Notes: generated by a model from the letters alone, not told the origin. A stretch of 64,000 bases of DNA from an uncultured bacterium (GCA_965601565.1 CBFCWG010000003.1:21935-85934); one strand, 5' to 3'. Shown: positions 38,402-49,777, numbered from the stretch's first letter. Made by a program: numbers and translations.

Positions 38402-38565
38402 AACACATCACCATACAACCTTCTAATGTAAAATTCATCAAGTAATTCCAATATATTATAACACATTATATCTAAAGAAAGAAAAAACTCTAAAATAATT
38501 TAATTTACCGCTATTTCACTTCAAATAATAGAAAAACCCAAACATATATTGTTTGAGTTTTTTCA

Positions 38566-41490
38566 TTATAAATCAAATTTAATATTTTCTAAATCTTTTA
38601 AATATTCTTTCTTCATATCATCTTTTGTAAAGATAATAAAATCTCCACTTAATTGTTTACTTTCCTTATCAGCAACTGTTTTTGATTGTTCTGAGAAGAC
38701 AATAGTAAATGCACTTTGCGTATCAGCTAACAACTCAGTTTCTTTATTATATAAAGCTAGGTTATAATCAACTTCAGTTTCTAATACTACAAGTTTTTTC
38801 AAACTTCTTTCAATACCGACATTACCACATTTGTATTTAACACCGTCTTGTTCAAACGTTGTTGTTCCTTTAGATTTTATGTCAAATGTATTATATCTAT
38901 AGAAGTTACGATTTCTCATTAATTTCCCAGTGTTATTAACGATGTTTGCGAAAGAATGTAACACAGGTACTCCAGGAAGAGTTACATAATATGACTCAAC
39001 ATCTAATCCTTTAATATCTTTATCTTTCTCACCATATACTACAGTTTTAACACCTTGCCATTCGTTACCAAAGTTATCTTTAAGACTAATAAATTCAGCT
39101 GTTCTTCTTTCTAACTGAACTGTTTCATCTTGAATACCACCAACACGTTGGTTAATACCACCAATAAATGTTCCCCACCAAGATCTCTCTTTAGGTTCTG
39201 GATAATTAGAATCTAACCATTCTTGATTATTAAATACCAACGAGTAAACTGAGTCAGAATACATACTTGATACTTTGAACTTCAATAATCCATTATCTAC
39301 TATCATACTATCTTTATCTTCAGTTAGTTTTATATTACCTTTCGTTTCAAAAGTTTGTCTTTTAGTTATTATTACTTCTGATTTAGTGTCTAATTTTACT
39401 GTTTTTAATCCTGGTGTTACTAATAAATCCTCTTTTAACTCTACAGCTGCATCATCACAAGATACAGTACCTTCTAAAGCAACTTTTTTATTATTTACTA
39501 ATTTAATTTTTACATTATCCTTTGTAAACGGATTACCTCCATTAACATTATAATCCACAAACTCCATTATATCTTTTTCTTTGAAGTTCCCAGAAAATTT
39601 TCTAAAACTTTCAGCATCTGGGTGAACATAAGAAACGTAAAAATCATTTGTTTCGTATGAATCACCTTTACTTAAAACAATACCTTTTTTTATTGCGCTT
39701 AAACGCCAACCTGTAACACTTACTTCTTCGTCTTTATGCCAAGTTAACCCTGATTTTGTATGATTACTGTACAACCAGTTTTCATCAATTTTTTCACTAT
39801 TAACACTGGCAAAACTACCATTTTCTGATTGTCTTGTTCTTAAGAACATACCATTGTAAGGAATATGTACATCTCTTAATGCATGCCAAATTGGGATATT
39901 AACAGCTAATGTTTTTTTATCAGCGTTATTAATTAATTCATAACTAACTTTTAAAATACCTCCCATATTTTCAACATGGTTAATTAAATCTATACCCTTA
40001 AATGCTTTTGATGAGTATTTAATTGCCATTTTTGTTGAAGTTGGAAATGTTATTTCAGGTTCCAAGTTAGAAAACTCTAAACTAAATGGTAACCCTATTT
40101 GTGGCGTAAAGAAAGCACAAGATGGTCGTTCATCGTATCTATTGATATATGCAAGACGATGTTCAGACTTACTATATATAGCAGTATAATTGCCATTAAC
40201 AACATAGGCATTATAATTTGTTAGAGCTGTAAAACTATCTTTAAATCCTTTAACTATTGTTTCCACTTGTTTTGAAGTATTTTTACCATTATAGCTTATT
40301 TTTATTTCTTTATTGTAGAATCCAAACTCTAATACTTTGTATTCTACTTTAAGTGATCTTTTTTCCTTAGGATTCAATAGTACTTTTATTTCATTTTGCA
40401 CATCAATTACTGATTTCGGTAAATCAAAAGTAAATTCAGTTTTTTCATCAAGATTATTTTCAACATCTAAGTAACCAGTATATACATTTTCTAATGTATG
40501 ATTATATTCAGTAATTTGTAAATTAACAGACACAGGACTTTTAGGTTCTAAACCTAATTTAAATGTTGCTTTTTTACCATTAATATAAAGGTCCGTTTCA
40601 ACCACAGGATATGTTTTCATTTTGTCTTGTGTTTTTTTAGTTTCACCAACAAAGAACTTTTCTGTTACTTCTACTTCGTTTTCTATGTTTAATATGTTTT
40701 CGAAAGTGGATTTAACAGTTTTATTGTTTTTCCCAACATACTTTATCTCTAAATCTTTACTAGTTTTATTAACAAATCTAAACTTAACTTCATATTCATT
40801 TTCATATACTAATTCATTTTTTGGTATACTCACTTCTACTAAATAGTCTGGAGTTTCTATTAGTCTTAGTCCTCGACCTGTTTTTTCGAACTCTAATGAT
40901 AGTGAAGTTTTATCATTATTCCAATCGTATCGGTAATAATCAAAACCATTTCTTACATCACCATCTTGTTTCATATCAATAACTCTTTTGCTATCCTTAT
41001 ACCAATCTATTAAACTTAAATACTCATCAAGAGCTTCTGTTTTATATACATATGGTAAGAAGTTCATTAAATGTACCGATCTGTTGTTTCTTTCCCAGAA
41101 AAAACCACATTTTTTGTATAGAGGCATCGCCTTAATATTTCCGCTCCAAGTAAATAAATCAAATCTTGGCCATTCAGCTTTAATCGCATCTTCAATAACT
41201 TTTAAGATTAATGCTTTACCAACTTTCTTACCATGATAATCAGGTCTTACATTTAATAACGGTAAATATGATGCACCTTCATCGTATTGGTATTCTGAAA
41301 AACTACAATATCCAACTACTTCTTCGTTATCTACTGCAATATATAATTTTAAATTCCCCGAGTTATCTTCTCTTGAAATTACATCTTCTGGACTTTTAAC
41401 TGAATCATCATTCCCCCAGTTGTCGCCACTTTTATTCCACATATCTGCAACTTGTGCAGCATATTCTTTTTTGTATTCTACTATCTTCAT
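38566..41490 (-). CDS. Large GNAT-domain protein (974 aa)
   Basis: N-terminal GNAT (LNVRPDYHGKKVGK, AMPLYKKCGF) followed by about 800 aa of beta-rich sequence. Confidence 0.75.
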   Translation of the reverse strand: MKIVEYKKEYAAQVADMWNKSGDNWGNDDSVKSPEDVISREDNSGNLKLYIAVDNEEVVGYCSFSEYQYDEGASYLPLLNVRPDYHGKKVGKALILKVIEDAIKAEWPRFDLFTWSGNIKAMPLYKKCGFFWERNNRSVHLMNFLPYVYKTEALDEYLSLIDWYKDSKRVIDMKQDGDVRNGFDYYRYDWNNDKTSLSLEFEKTGRGLRLIETPDYLVEVSIPKNELVYENEYEVKFRFVNKTSKDLEIKYVGKNNKTVKSTFENILNIENEVEVTEKFFVGETKKTQDKMKTYPVVETDLYINGKKATFKLGLEPKSPVSVNLQITEYNHTLENVYTGYLDVENNLDEKTEFTFDLPKSVIDVQNEIKVLLNPKEKRSLKVEYKVLEFGFYNKEIKISYNGKNTSKQVETIVKGFKDSFTALTNYNAYVVNGNYTAIYSKSEHRLAYINRYDERPSCAFFTPQIGLPFSLEFSNLEPEITFPTSTKMAIKYSSKAFKGIDLINHVENMGGILKVSYELINNADKKTLAVNIPIWHALRDVHIPYNGMFLRTRQSENGSFASVNSEKIDENWLYSNHTKSGLTWHKDEEVSVTGWRLSAIKKGIVLSKGDSYETNDFYVSYVHPDAESFRKFSGNFKEKDIMEFVDYNVNGGNPFTKDNVKIKLVNNKKVALEGTVSCDDAAVELKEDLLVTPGLKTVKLDTKSEVIITKRQTFETKGNIKLTEDKDSMIVDNGLLKFKVSSMYSDSVYSLVFNNQEWLDSNYPEPKERSWWGTFIGGINQRVGGIQDETVQLERRTAEFISLKDNFGNEWQGVKTVVYGEKDKDIKGLDVESYYVTLPGVPVLHSFANIVNNTGKLMRNRNFYRYNTFDIKSKGTTTFEQDGVKYKCGNVGIERSLKKLVVLETEVDYNLALYNKETELLADTQSAFTIVFSEQSKTVADKESKQLSGDFIIFTKDDMKKEYLKDLENIKFDL

Positions 41491-41774
41491 GTTTTCATCT
41501 CCTTGCTATGTAAGTTAGGTAAAATATCTTCATAATTATTTTATCATAACCAATCGCTTTATTTGTACCTTTTTTTAAATAAAAGAAGTGAAGATTATAC
41601 TTCACTTCTTATTCTTCATATAAATCATCTATCAGACTCAATAAATCCTGTTTACTAATCCCAATTATTTTGTCTTTTTCCTAATTGAAGGTAAAATTGG
41701 TTTCATTCTAAAAAAAGTGCTATTGATAACATTGGTTACACATGTTACCATTATTCTAAGAACGAGGTGATATA

Positions 41775-42323
41775 ATGGCAAAAAAATTATACGATCGAAA
41801 TACAGTTTTAGATGCAGCTCTTAAATTAGCTCAAGAATCTGGATTTGATAAACTGAGTATCCGTGGCATAGCTAGACAACTTCAGACAAGTGTATCCCCT
41901 GTTTATGATTCATTTGATTCTAAACACGATTTAATACAGGCAATAATTATTAAGGTACTAGACGAGAATGCTCAGGAAGATACATATTTCAAAAGGAACC
42001 ATGGCATATTATCATATGGGCTAAAATATCCTGTTTTATATCGAGATATTCAGGTCTACACAAGAAAATACTACCTTGAAACTACTCATGTATCAGATGT
42101 TAGAAATTTAATGCATAATGAGCCGAAACTAAAACTATTTGAAGATCGAGTTCTTCAATCTTTAAACTTTGACATCTTATTATATATAAGTGGTTTAGTT
42201 CAGTTAAAACAAAGTGATGCAGTTAATGACTTTGATAATGACTTCTATCACACAACATTGGATCAGGCAACTGAACTATTCATACTAGGCTATAAAGAAG
42301 CTATAAAAGGAGAGAAACAATGA
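41775..42323 (+). CDS. TetR family regulator
   Basis: VLDAALKLA...LSIRGIARQLQTSVSPVYDSF. Confidence 0.85.
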   Translation: MAKKLYDRNTVLDAALKLAQESGFDKLSIRGIARQLQTSVSPVYDSFDSKHDLIQAIIIKVLDENAQEDTYFKRNHGILSYGLKYPVLYRDIQVYTRKYYLETTHVSDVRNLMHNEPKLKLFEDRVLQSLNFDILLYISGLVQLKQSDAVNDFDNDFYHTTLDQATELFILGYKEAIKGEKQ

Positions 42324-43522
42324 ACTTACTAATAATCATACCTATAATATCTTTTTTGTTTGACTTAACTCTAGTTACATTAAATAAAAAACACCAAGAG
42401 CAAAACAAAAATAAAAACACATTATTCGAGCAATCAGATTATGAGAATGCCTTAAACTATGGAAAAGAAAAATCAAACAACAAACTTACTTATATTTTAT
42501 TTAGACAAGTTTATATCATCATTCTTTTTTTAGGTCTCGGTAAATCAATAAACATTTTTACAACTTCAATTTTTGAAAACATATACTTATCAAACATCCT
42601 CACAGTATTTATTATGTATTCTATTTTCCAATTAATATCTTCTATCTATGAAGGAATTGATACGTTTACCACAGAAACAAAATTCGGTTTCAATAAATCA
42701 ACAACAAAAAAGTTCATCAAAGATCAATTAATAGATTATATCATTACTGCTATAATCTTAATAATTGTCACTTTTGTAATAAACTACCTTTACAATAGTT
42801 TCGAACTAGGTTTCCTAATCTTCGGTTTTATTTTCGTAGTTATCCTCTTAGTTCTATATTACTCATTATTTGTCGTTATATTTATGCCACTAATGTTTAA
42901 GATGACACCGATAGAAAATGATGAGTTATCATCAAAAATAAGTAACATAGCTAAAAAAGAAGGATTTACTATCGACGACATAGTAGTTATAAATGCTTCA
43001 GAAAAAACAACAAAAATAAACGCATACTTCTCCGGTATTACTAAACACAAAAAAGTCATGTTATTTGATACATTATTTGATAAATTCACAGATAATCAAC
43101 TAATCGCTATACTCGCTCATGAAATAGGTCATTCTAAACACAAACATATGATAATTGACTTATTTATCGATGGCTTTATCTCACTAATTTATTTCTCACT
43201 ATTTTACTTAATTTCAATCTCTCAATATCAAGTAGATGGGTTAAACCCATTTATTAGTAATATTATTATCTTCACCCTAATTTACGAACTTCTAAATAAA
43301 TTAATAAAAGGAATTAAGTTCTACTACTCAAGAAAGCAAGAAAAACAAGCTGATTTATATGTTAAAGAAAAAGGTTATGGGGAAGATTTAATATTCGGAC
43401 TATCAATGGCTGCTAAAACCAATAATGGCAACTTATATCCTCATCCATTATTTGTTTTATTCAAGTATGATCACCCCCCATATTACGACAGAATAGACTA
43501 CCTAAAAAAAGATGTTAATTAA
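42320..43522 (+). CDS. M48 family zinc metalloprotease (Ste24/HtpX-like)
   Basis: NAYFSG, AILAHEIGH, EKQAD, DHPP..DRI; multiple TM segments. Confidence 0.88.
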   Translation: MNLLIIIPIISFLFDLTLVTLNKKHQEQNKNKNTLFEQSDYENALNYGKEKSNNKLTYILFRQVYIIILFLGLGKSINIFTTSIFENIYLSNILTVFIMYSIFQLISSIYEGIDTFTTETKFGFNKSTTKKFIKDQLIDYIITAIILIIVTFVINYLYNSFELGFLIFGFIFVVILLVLYYSLFVVIFMPLMFKMTPIENDELSSKISNIAKKEGFTIDDIVVINASEKTTKINAYFSGITKHKKVMLFDTLFDKFTDNQLIAILAHEIGHSKHKHMIIDLFIDGFISLIYFSLFYLISISQYQVDGLNPFISNIIIFTLIYELLNKLIKGIKFYYSRKQEKQADLYVKEKGYGEDLIFGLSMAAKTNNGNLYPHPLFVLFKYDHPPYYDRIDYLKKDVN

Positions 43523-43601
43523 TTTCAACATCTTTTTATTTTAAGCACAAAGTGTCCCCCAAGAAAACATAAATAATGTATAATTATATTGAGGTGTCAC
43601 A

Positions 43602-44447
43602 ATGAAAAAAATGTACGTACAAGAAATCATTGATTATATTGAAGAAAATATTACTGATAACTTATGTGTAGAAGATATTTCAACCCACATTGGTTATTCT
43701 AGATTCTACTTAAACAAATTATTCTCAATCTTCACCGGTATGAGTATAATGTATTACGTAAGAAAAAGAAAACTAGAATATGCTGCCGTTGATTTAAACA
43801 CAAATTTAGATATCATTGATATTGCCTTTAAATATGGCTTTAATTCAAGAAGAGCATTTAGTAGACTATTCACACAATTCTATAAAGAATCACCATCTAC
43901 TTATCGAGACAGAAACAATGTTCTTACACCTAAAATAAATTTAAATCAAATAGGAGGAATCAAAATGTTACCATATTTAAGTGAACCATTCGAAAAAGAG
44001 ATTGATCAATTATATGTACTATCAAGAAAAGTAACTAGTAAAAATCCAGAAGATGAAGTTATAAAACTACAAACGGACTACAAAAATAAAAACAACATCC
44101 AAACATTATTAGAAGTTGGTTTTGATGTTCCCGTTCCAGAAGAACAAGAACAATCAGGAATTAGAGGATACGAATACTGGTTATGTATTTCACAAGAAGA
44201 CTTTGATAAAATCATATCTGATATCCCTAAAAAACTAATCATTCCAGCATCAAATTACATAGCTTTAACAATTGAGGATCCATTTGCCAATCCATTTGAA
44301 AGAATTCCAAATGGATGGAAAAAGCTATCTTCTACTCTTGTTGAAAAATATACATTTAATGAAAATGCAGTTAGTTGTGGTTTAGAACATGTTGAGGAAA
44401 TTAACGGAAAAACAGTAATGCACTTATATATACCAATTAAAAAGTAA
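43602..44447 (+). CDS. AraC family regulator with C-terminal effector-binding (GyrI-like) domain
   Basis: IDYIEENI, IAFKYGFNSRRAFSRLF...SPSTYR. Confidence 0.88.
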   Translation: MKKMYVQEIIDYIEENITDNLCVEDISTHIGYSRFYLNKLFSIFTGMSIMYYVRKRKLEYAAVDLNTNLDIIDIAFKYGFNSRRAFSRLFTQFYKESPSTYRDRNNVLTPKINLNQIGGIKMLPYLSEPFEKEIDQLYVLSRKVTSKNPEDEVIKLQTDYKNKNNIQTLLEVGFDVPVPEEQEQSGIRGYEYWLCISQEDFDKIISDIPKKLIIPASNYIALTIEDPFANPFERIPNGWKKLSSTLVEKYTFNENAVSCGLEHVEEINGKTVMHLYIPIKK

Positions 44448-44527
44448 TCAGATAATCTGATTACTTCTTTTTTTACATTTTTAGAAATAAAGTTATATTG
44501 CTATGATAAATTACTCATACTCTTTAC

Positions 44528-44794
44528 TTAGATAATTTTCCAATCATGTAGTTCTGCTACTTCTTGGATATGACCTTCCATTGCACTATCTTTTACTTCC
44601 TTGCTTTTTAAAACAACCGTAACCACTTTGTTTTGATAGTCATAAATAACTTCTGTGATTTCCTTAAGTTCAGCAAAAATAGAATCTTTAATTTTTTCTC
44701 CAACATGTGGTACAGTGTCTGAAATATATTCTTTGAAGAACACTATACTTTTTTTATTTTCAGAATATATTTTAATCTTAAGTACAACTTTCAT
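44528..44794 (-). CDS. Hypothetical protein
   Basis: 88-aa ORF overlapping the methyltransferase stop by 1 bp. Confidence 0.65.
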   Translation of the reverse strand: MKVVLKIKIYSENKKSIVFFKEYISDTVPHVGEKIKDSIFAELKEITEVIYDYQNKVVTVVLKSKEVKDSAMEGHIQEVAELHDWKII

Positions 44795-45423
44795 TAGTTA
44801 ATCTCCTTCTTCTTGGTAACAATAAACATTTCCATAGTTTTTTCATTTAAGCAACTTACATTGATGTGTTCAAATTCTACGCTATTTGTAGCATCTAATA
44901 ATTCTTTTCTTTTAAATGAATTAACTTTAGGAACAAGCCCAAACCTTCCAAGAAATCTAAGCAAACCATTTAGTACTCTTTTCTCACCCATGCAAGGTGT
45001 AACAGAGATAAATAATCCATCTTTTTTTAATAAACTATGTACTCTTTTCAAGACAGAATCTAAGTCTTCTAATAGATGTAGTACATGAAAAGATATAATT
45101 ACATCATACGAATCTTCCTTTAACTGTCTATCAAATATATCCAGATTATCCAATCTAACATTTTTTAATCCCATGGATTCAATTTTCTCTTTTGCAACAT
45201 CAATCATTTTCGATGAAATATCTATAGCATGCACTTCAGAAACATCACCAGCAATGTTTACAATTGTTTTACCCGTTCCACAACCAAAATCAAGAACGAT
45301 ATCATTTTCTTTTAAATACTTTTTAGTACTTTTTATTACTTCTTTAAATGTTTGGCTATCCTTCTCTTCGGAAGCATCATAGTTCTTAGCCATTTTATCC
45401 CAAAACTTTGATTTATCTTTCAT
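44794..45423 (-). CDS. Class I SAM-dependent methyltransferase
   Basis: VLDFGCGTG, AIDISSKMI, YDVIISFHVLH. Confidence 0.9.
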   Translation of the reverse strand: MKDKSKFWDKMAKNYDASEEKDSQTFKEVIKSTKKYLKENDIVLDFGCGTGKTIVNIAGDVSEVHAIDISSKMIDVAKEKIESMGLKNVRLDNLDIFDRQLKEDSYDVIISFHVLHLLEDLDSVLKRVHSLLKKDGLFISVTPCMGEKRVLNGLLRFLGRFGLVPKVNSFKRKELLDATNSVEFEHINVSCLNEKTMEMFIVTKKKEIN

Positions 45424-46252
45424 TGTTAAGTTTCAACTTTCTTTTATTTAAGAACCACAATACTATAATTACTGCAGTAATAATGTTGATAATAATCATT
45501 ACCCAATATGCAGGTTGCGCTACATCCTCCATAAAGAATACAGGAAACATCGACAATGCAAAATTACTAAGTGAGTGCATTATCCAGGCAATAATAAACT
45601 TTCTTCCACTTACTTCATACATTACACCTATTATCACAGAGAATGATATTGCGAACAACACAAATCCTATAAACGAATAATATGCATGACTTTCATCAGG
45701 CATTAGCCATAAAGGTAAATGCCATATCCCCCATAAAACACCAATCAATAAACTAGCTTTCAATAACCCTATTTTATCTTGAAGTGGATCTAATATATAC
45801 CCTCTCCAACCAAACTCTTCTTGTCCTCCACCAATTAAGAACATAACAAATATATAAATAATAAAAGTCACCACAATTGGTAATCCTGCTTCAACAGGGA
45901 AGTAAGAATTAGGCAATCTTTCTAACCCAAAGATATTTGGAAAATAATGGGCAATAATCATCGAAAAGACTGATAAGCCAATTGCTATAAAAATATATTT
46001 AGGTTTAATCTTAAAATCAAAACACTTTTTGAAGAAACTCTTCACACCACTAATACCTTTATCGTGAACAATCAATATAAGTGCACTCACGAGTGGACCA
46101 GAAGCTCCTAAAACCATAATTAGCGTTTTTATATCATATAACCACCCAGGTACATCAAATAAATCAAAATACGGCAAAACATATGGTAACCATAAAAGCC
46201 ATGTCCAAACATAAGTGATTACAAAAAATAATACTATTTTACGATTACTCAT
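45413..46252 (-). CDS. CPBP (Abi/CAAX) intramembrane metalloprotease
   Basis: EEFGWRGY, W..WHLP, H. Confidence 0.9.
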   Translation of the reverse strand: MSNRKIVLFFVITYVWTWLLWLPYVLPYFDLFDVPGWLYDIKTLIMVLGASGPLVSALILIVHDKGISGVKSFFKKCFDFKIKPKYIFIAIGLSVFSMIIAHYFPNIFGLERLPNSYFPVEAGLPIVVTFIIYIFVMFLIGGGQEEFGWRGYILDPLQDKIGLLKASLLIGVLWGIWHLPLWLMPDESHAYYSFIGFVLFAISFSVIIGVMYEVSGRKFIIAWIMHSLSNFALSMFPVFFMEDVAQPAYWVMIIINIITAVIIVLWFLNKRKLKLNNER

Positions 46253-47081
46253 TAACTACACCTTCCTTATTTCTTTTCACAAACCATATAGCAAGTATTG
46301 TTGCCACAATCAAATTTAATATTGCCCACACCCAGTATCCAGGTTGTGGTACATCTTCTAAGAATAAAACTGGGAATAACGGAACAGAAAGATTTCCAAC
46401 AGTATGCATAATCCACGCTATAACAACTTTCTTACCACTTATATTATAAATAATCCCAATTATTAATGACCAACTCATAGTATACATAGCAAACGCAAAG
46501 AACGAATAATAAGCATGTCCTTCACCAGGAATAAACCATAATGGCAAATGCCAAACAGCCCACAATAAACCAATTAACAAACTACCTTTAACAACACCAA
46601 ATATTTTTTGCATTGGCTCCTGAGCATAACCTCTCCAACCAAACTCCTCTTGTCCTCCCCCTAAGAAGAACAACATCAATGTATAAGGAACAATTAATAT
46701 GTATAAAGGTATATCAATTTCTTCTGGAACCAAGTTATTAGGTAATGTATCTAATCCAACAATATTAGTAAAATAATGTGCTACTGCTGTAATTGCAATA
46801 CCCAAAATCAATGCAACCAAGTAATAAATCGGTTTAATTTTAAAATCTAAACAATGCTTAAAGAATGATTTTACTTCTTTCAACCCACCATCAGAATATT
46901 TAAGAACAACTGCTGCAACTAAAGGCCCAAAAGCTCCAAGCATAACTGCAAGCATTAATAATCCTTCTAATGTTTCAGTCATACTGTAAACATTAAAATA
47001 AGTTAAAACAAACGGCAACCATAAAACCCATGCCCATACAAATGTGATAATAAAGAATTTAACTAATTTCGAATTTTTCAT
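46245..47081 (-). CDS. CPBP (Abi/CAAX) intramembrane metalloprotease, tandem paralog
   Basis: GGGQEEFGWRGY, WHLPLWF, WIMH. Likely start 47081 (ORF track 47102). Confidence 0.9.
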   Translation of the reverse strand: MKNSKLVKFFIITFVWAWVLWLPFVLTYFNVYSMTETLEGLLMLAVMLGAFGPLVAAVVLKYSDGGLKEVKSFFKHCLDFKIKPIYYLVALILGIAITAVAHYFTNIVGLDTLPNNLVPEEIDIPLYILIVPYTLMLFFLGGGQEEFGWRGYAQEPMQKIFGVVKGSLLIGLLWAVWHLPLWFIPGEGHAYYSFFAFAMYTMSWSLIIGIIYNISGKKVVIAWIMHTVGNLSVPLFPVLFLEDVPQPGYWVWAILNLIVATILAIWFVKRNKEGVVNE

Positions 47082-47397
47082 TTTTCTCCTTCTACTTCCC
47101 ACTTTTTACAAAAAAAGAAAAGAACACCTATTCCAGTAATTCAAATTACATCATTCAAGTGCTCTTCATAGTTGTATTCATTTTTCATCTGTTTTTTTAC
47201 ATAAAAACAGCTTCATATTATAAGTATATTACATTTATTTATAATCAACAATAAAAAGCTAGGTGATTTAACTCAACTTGTAGTTGATTTTTTTCAAAAC
47301 ACAAATAACTAACTCAATACAACCCTTATGATTAGTATTCCATATCATTTCGGTTTTCATTTATATATTGTTACAATTAAAATGATGAGGTGATGTT

Positions 47398-49176
47398 ATG
47401 AATGTTAAAAGATTTTTTTCAAAAAGATTAAATTTATTATTATTTGTTACTGTTATGTTCGCTCTTGTAGGTTTATTATTTGGCTTTGTTGTACCAAACA
47501 CATTATTTAATAATCGATTAAACGCGATTGAGACAGAACTCCATGACTTGGCATTTAATCATGAGTCTATTACCGAGGTTGATAGTACTCAAATTCTTTA
47601 CATCTATAAAGATGGCGATAGTTCAATGTTAACATCGACAGGTTATATAACCGATATTGATGAAGAAGTTGAACACCATTTAATCCATTGGAGTGAAGAT
47701 CAGTTTGTCGAATCACTACTATATAAAGACGATTTTCAAAACAAATTATTCATTTATTACATATACGTTGTAGAAGATGATTATTATGTAGTGTCTTTCG
47801 CAGACACAAAAGAAGTCCATATGTTTGTTGATACTTTTAGAACATCAAGTTTAATTTCTGTAATTGTACTTTATATAATCAGTATACTATTCACAAGTAC
47901 TTTCTTTAGTTCATCATTAATAAAACAGTATTCTCTATTTGATCCAGTCACGAATTTAAATACAAAAATATCACTATTTAACAAGTACAATAAAAAAGAT
48001 TTATCAAACTACAAAATTACATATAATAACATCTATAATCTAGAGGATGTCATTGATGCTTGTGGTGTAAGATACAACGACGACATCTTAAAAATGATTT
48101 CCATGAATATCCTCAAGAACTACAATACAAATACTATATACCAAATCTCAGCCAGTGAATACATATCACTTGATAATATAGCAGATAATAACCATACAGA
48201 TTTTCATGAAGTTATTAATCAAAGAGATGAAACAATGACAACTATATCTCCATATGAGTTTAAAACAAAAACTGTAAACATTGATTCAACCACTTTGAAA
48301 GACATAAATATAAATACACTAATAAAGAGATTTAACTTCGCCTTTGCGAAAATTAAATCAACAAAAGATGCGTCATTTGATGTTGATAAAACATTAGTAG
48401 ATGAAATGGAACAAGAACTTTATTATCAAAGTCATTTGGGTTCTGCTATTTCAGGTGGTAGTATCATCAATTACTACCAACCCAAAGTTAATCCATCTAA
48501 TAATAAAATAATTGGAGCAGAAGCATTATCAAGATGGCTTAATGAAGATGGTATTATTTCGCCTGCTAAATATATCCACTTAGCAGAAACAAACGGGATG
48601 ATATACGATATTGATTTGATTTCATTTAGTAATTCAATCAATTTCATTAAAGAACTTGAGAATAAAAACTTACTTAATGATGACTTCAAAATATCGTCAA
48701 ACTTCTCACCAATAACTCTGAAAAATGTAACCTTTAAGCAAATCAAGCAAATAATTGAATCTGCAGATGTTAATCCAAAACACATAAGTATAGAAATAAC
48801 AGAAAGCGTTGTTCTAGAGTTTGAATTCATCAACGAACTTCTATTAGATTTATCAAACTATGGTATTACAATTGAAATTGATGATTTTAGCGCAGGAAAC
48901 TCATCATTTACAATGTTGTCACTATTAAAGGCAAATGTAGTAAAACTAGATAGGGCTATTTTACCTGAAAAAGATGAGGATGAAAGAGAAAAACTCATTT
49001 ATCATTCATTAGTAGATATATCAAAAAAACTAGGATTAAAAATCATCAGTGAAGGTGTAGAAACAAACATTCAAAAATCATTTGTAAAGGAACTAGGTGT
49101 AGAAGGTATCCAAGGATATTTTTACAGTAAACCTCTTGATAAAGACAAATTCATTGATTACCTAAAAAAAGATTAA
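47398..49176 (+). CDS. Membrane-anchored EAL phosphodiesterase with degenerate GGDEF
   Basis: TM-loop-TM, degenerate GGDEF (ISASEY), AEALSRW, DDFSAGNSS, EGVET. Confidence 0.82.
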   Translation: MNVKRFFSKRLNLLLFVTVMFALVGLLFGFVVPNTLFNNRLNAIETELHDLAFNHESITEVDSTQILYIYKDGDSSMLTSTGYITDIDEEVEHHLIHWSEDQFVESLLYKDDFQNKLFIYYIYVVEDDYYVVSFADTKEVHMFVDTFRTSSLISVIVLYIISILFTSTFFSSSLIKQYSLFDPVTNLNTKISLFNKYNKKDLSNYKITYNNIYNLEDVIDACGVRYNDDILKMISMNILKNYNTNTIYQISASEYISLDNIADNNHTDFHEVINQRDETMTTISPYEFKTKTVNIDSTTLKDININTLIKRFNFAFAKIKSTKDASFDVDKTLVDEMEQELYYQSHLGSAISGGSIINYYQPKVNPSNNKIIGAEALSRWLNEDGIISPAKYIHLAETNGMIYDIDLISFSNSINFIKELENKNLLNDDFKISSNFSPITLKNVTFKQIKQIIESADVNPKHISIEITESVVLEFEFINELLLDLSNYGITIEIDDFSAGNSSFTMLSLLKANVVKLDRAILPEKDEDEREKLIYHSLVDISKKLGLKIISEGVETNIQKSFVKELGVEGIQGYFYSKPLDKDKFIDYLKKD

Positions 49177-49206
49177 AAAAAATGACATCATTAATTTGAT
49201 GTCATT

Positions 49207-49542
49207 TTACTTTATTGGTTTCTTTGGATTAAGTTCATTCCAAATTTTTATAAACTCAGCTTGTTTACTTTCAATAAACTTAAGAATATGTTTTCTACTA
49301 TTACCCTTTATTTCACCCTTTATCAAAGTACAATCAACTATATTAACAACAAATTCCCCTTTTGGATGCTTAATATGAACATGAGGTAAGTGATGTCTAT
49401 CATTGTCATTACTATGAATGTACAATTTAGTTTTAGCAGGTCCTACAGCCACTCGTCTCCTATACTGTATTTCTCCAAATACTACACCAAGCATTCTATC
49501 TAGAACTAACATATTGAACTTACTTGATATATCTATTTTCAT
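49207..49542 (-). CDS. DUF4160 domain protein
   Basis: HHLPHVHI motif and C-terminal IWNE. Confidence 0.7.
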   Translation of the reverse strand: MKIDISSKFNMLVLDRMLGVVFGEIQYRRRVAVGPAKTKLYIHSNDNDRHHLPHVHIKHPKGEFVVNIVDCTLIKGEIKGNSRKHILKFIESKQAEFIKIWNELNPKKPIK

Positions 49543-49555
49543 ATGTAATCAACTT

Positions 49556-49777
49556 CTAACGTACTAGTAATACTACTTGTATAACAATTAGTATCAACCC
49601 TGAAATAACAATCAATACCCCCACACCAAACATCTGGAGAACTGCCCAATCAGTATATTCTCTTTTCCCTTTAATTTTGTGTCTATCTTTCAAGGTTAAA
49701 GCTTTTTCAGGATCTTTGGCAATAACAATACCAAAAATCATAAAAGCTAATCCAACAATAATATATAATACTTCCAT
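49556..49777 (-). CDS. Small hypothetical membrane protein
   Basis: 73 aa, two TM segments, RBS GGAGA. Confidence 0.65.
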   Translation of the reverse strand: MEVLYIIVGLAFMIFGIVIAKDPEKALTLKDRHKIKGKREYTDWAVLQMFGVGVLIVISGLILIVIQVVLLVR

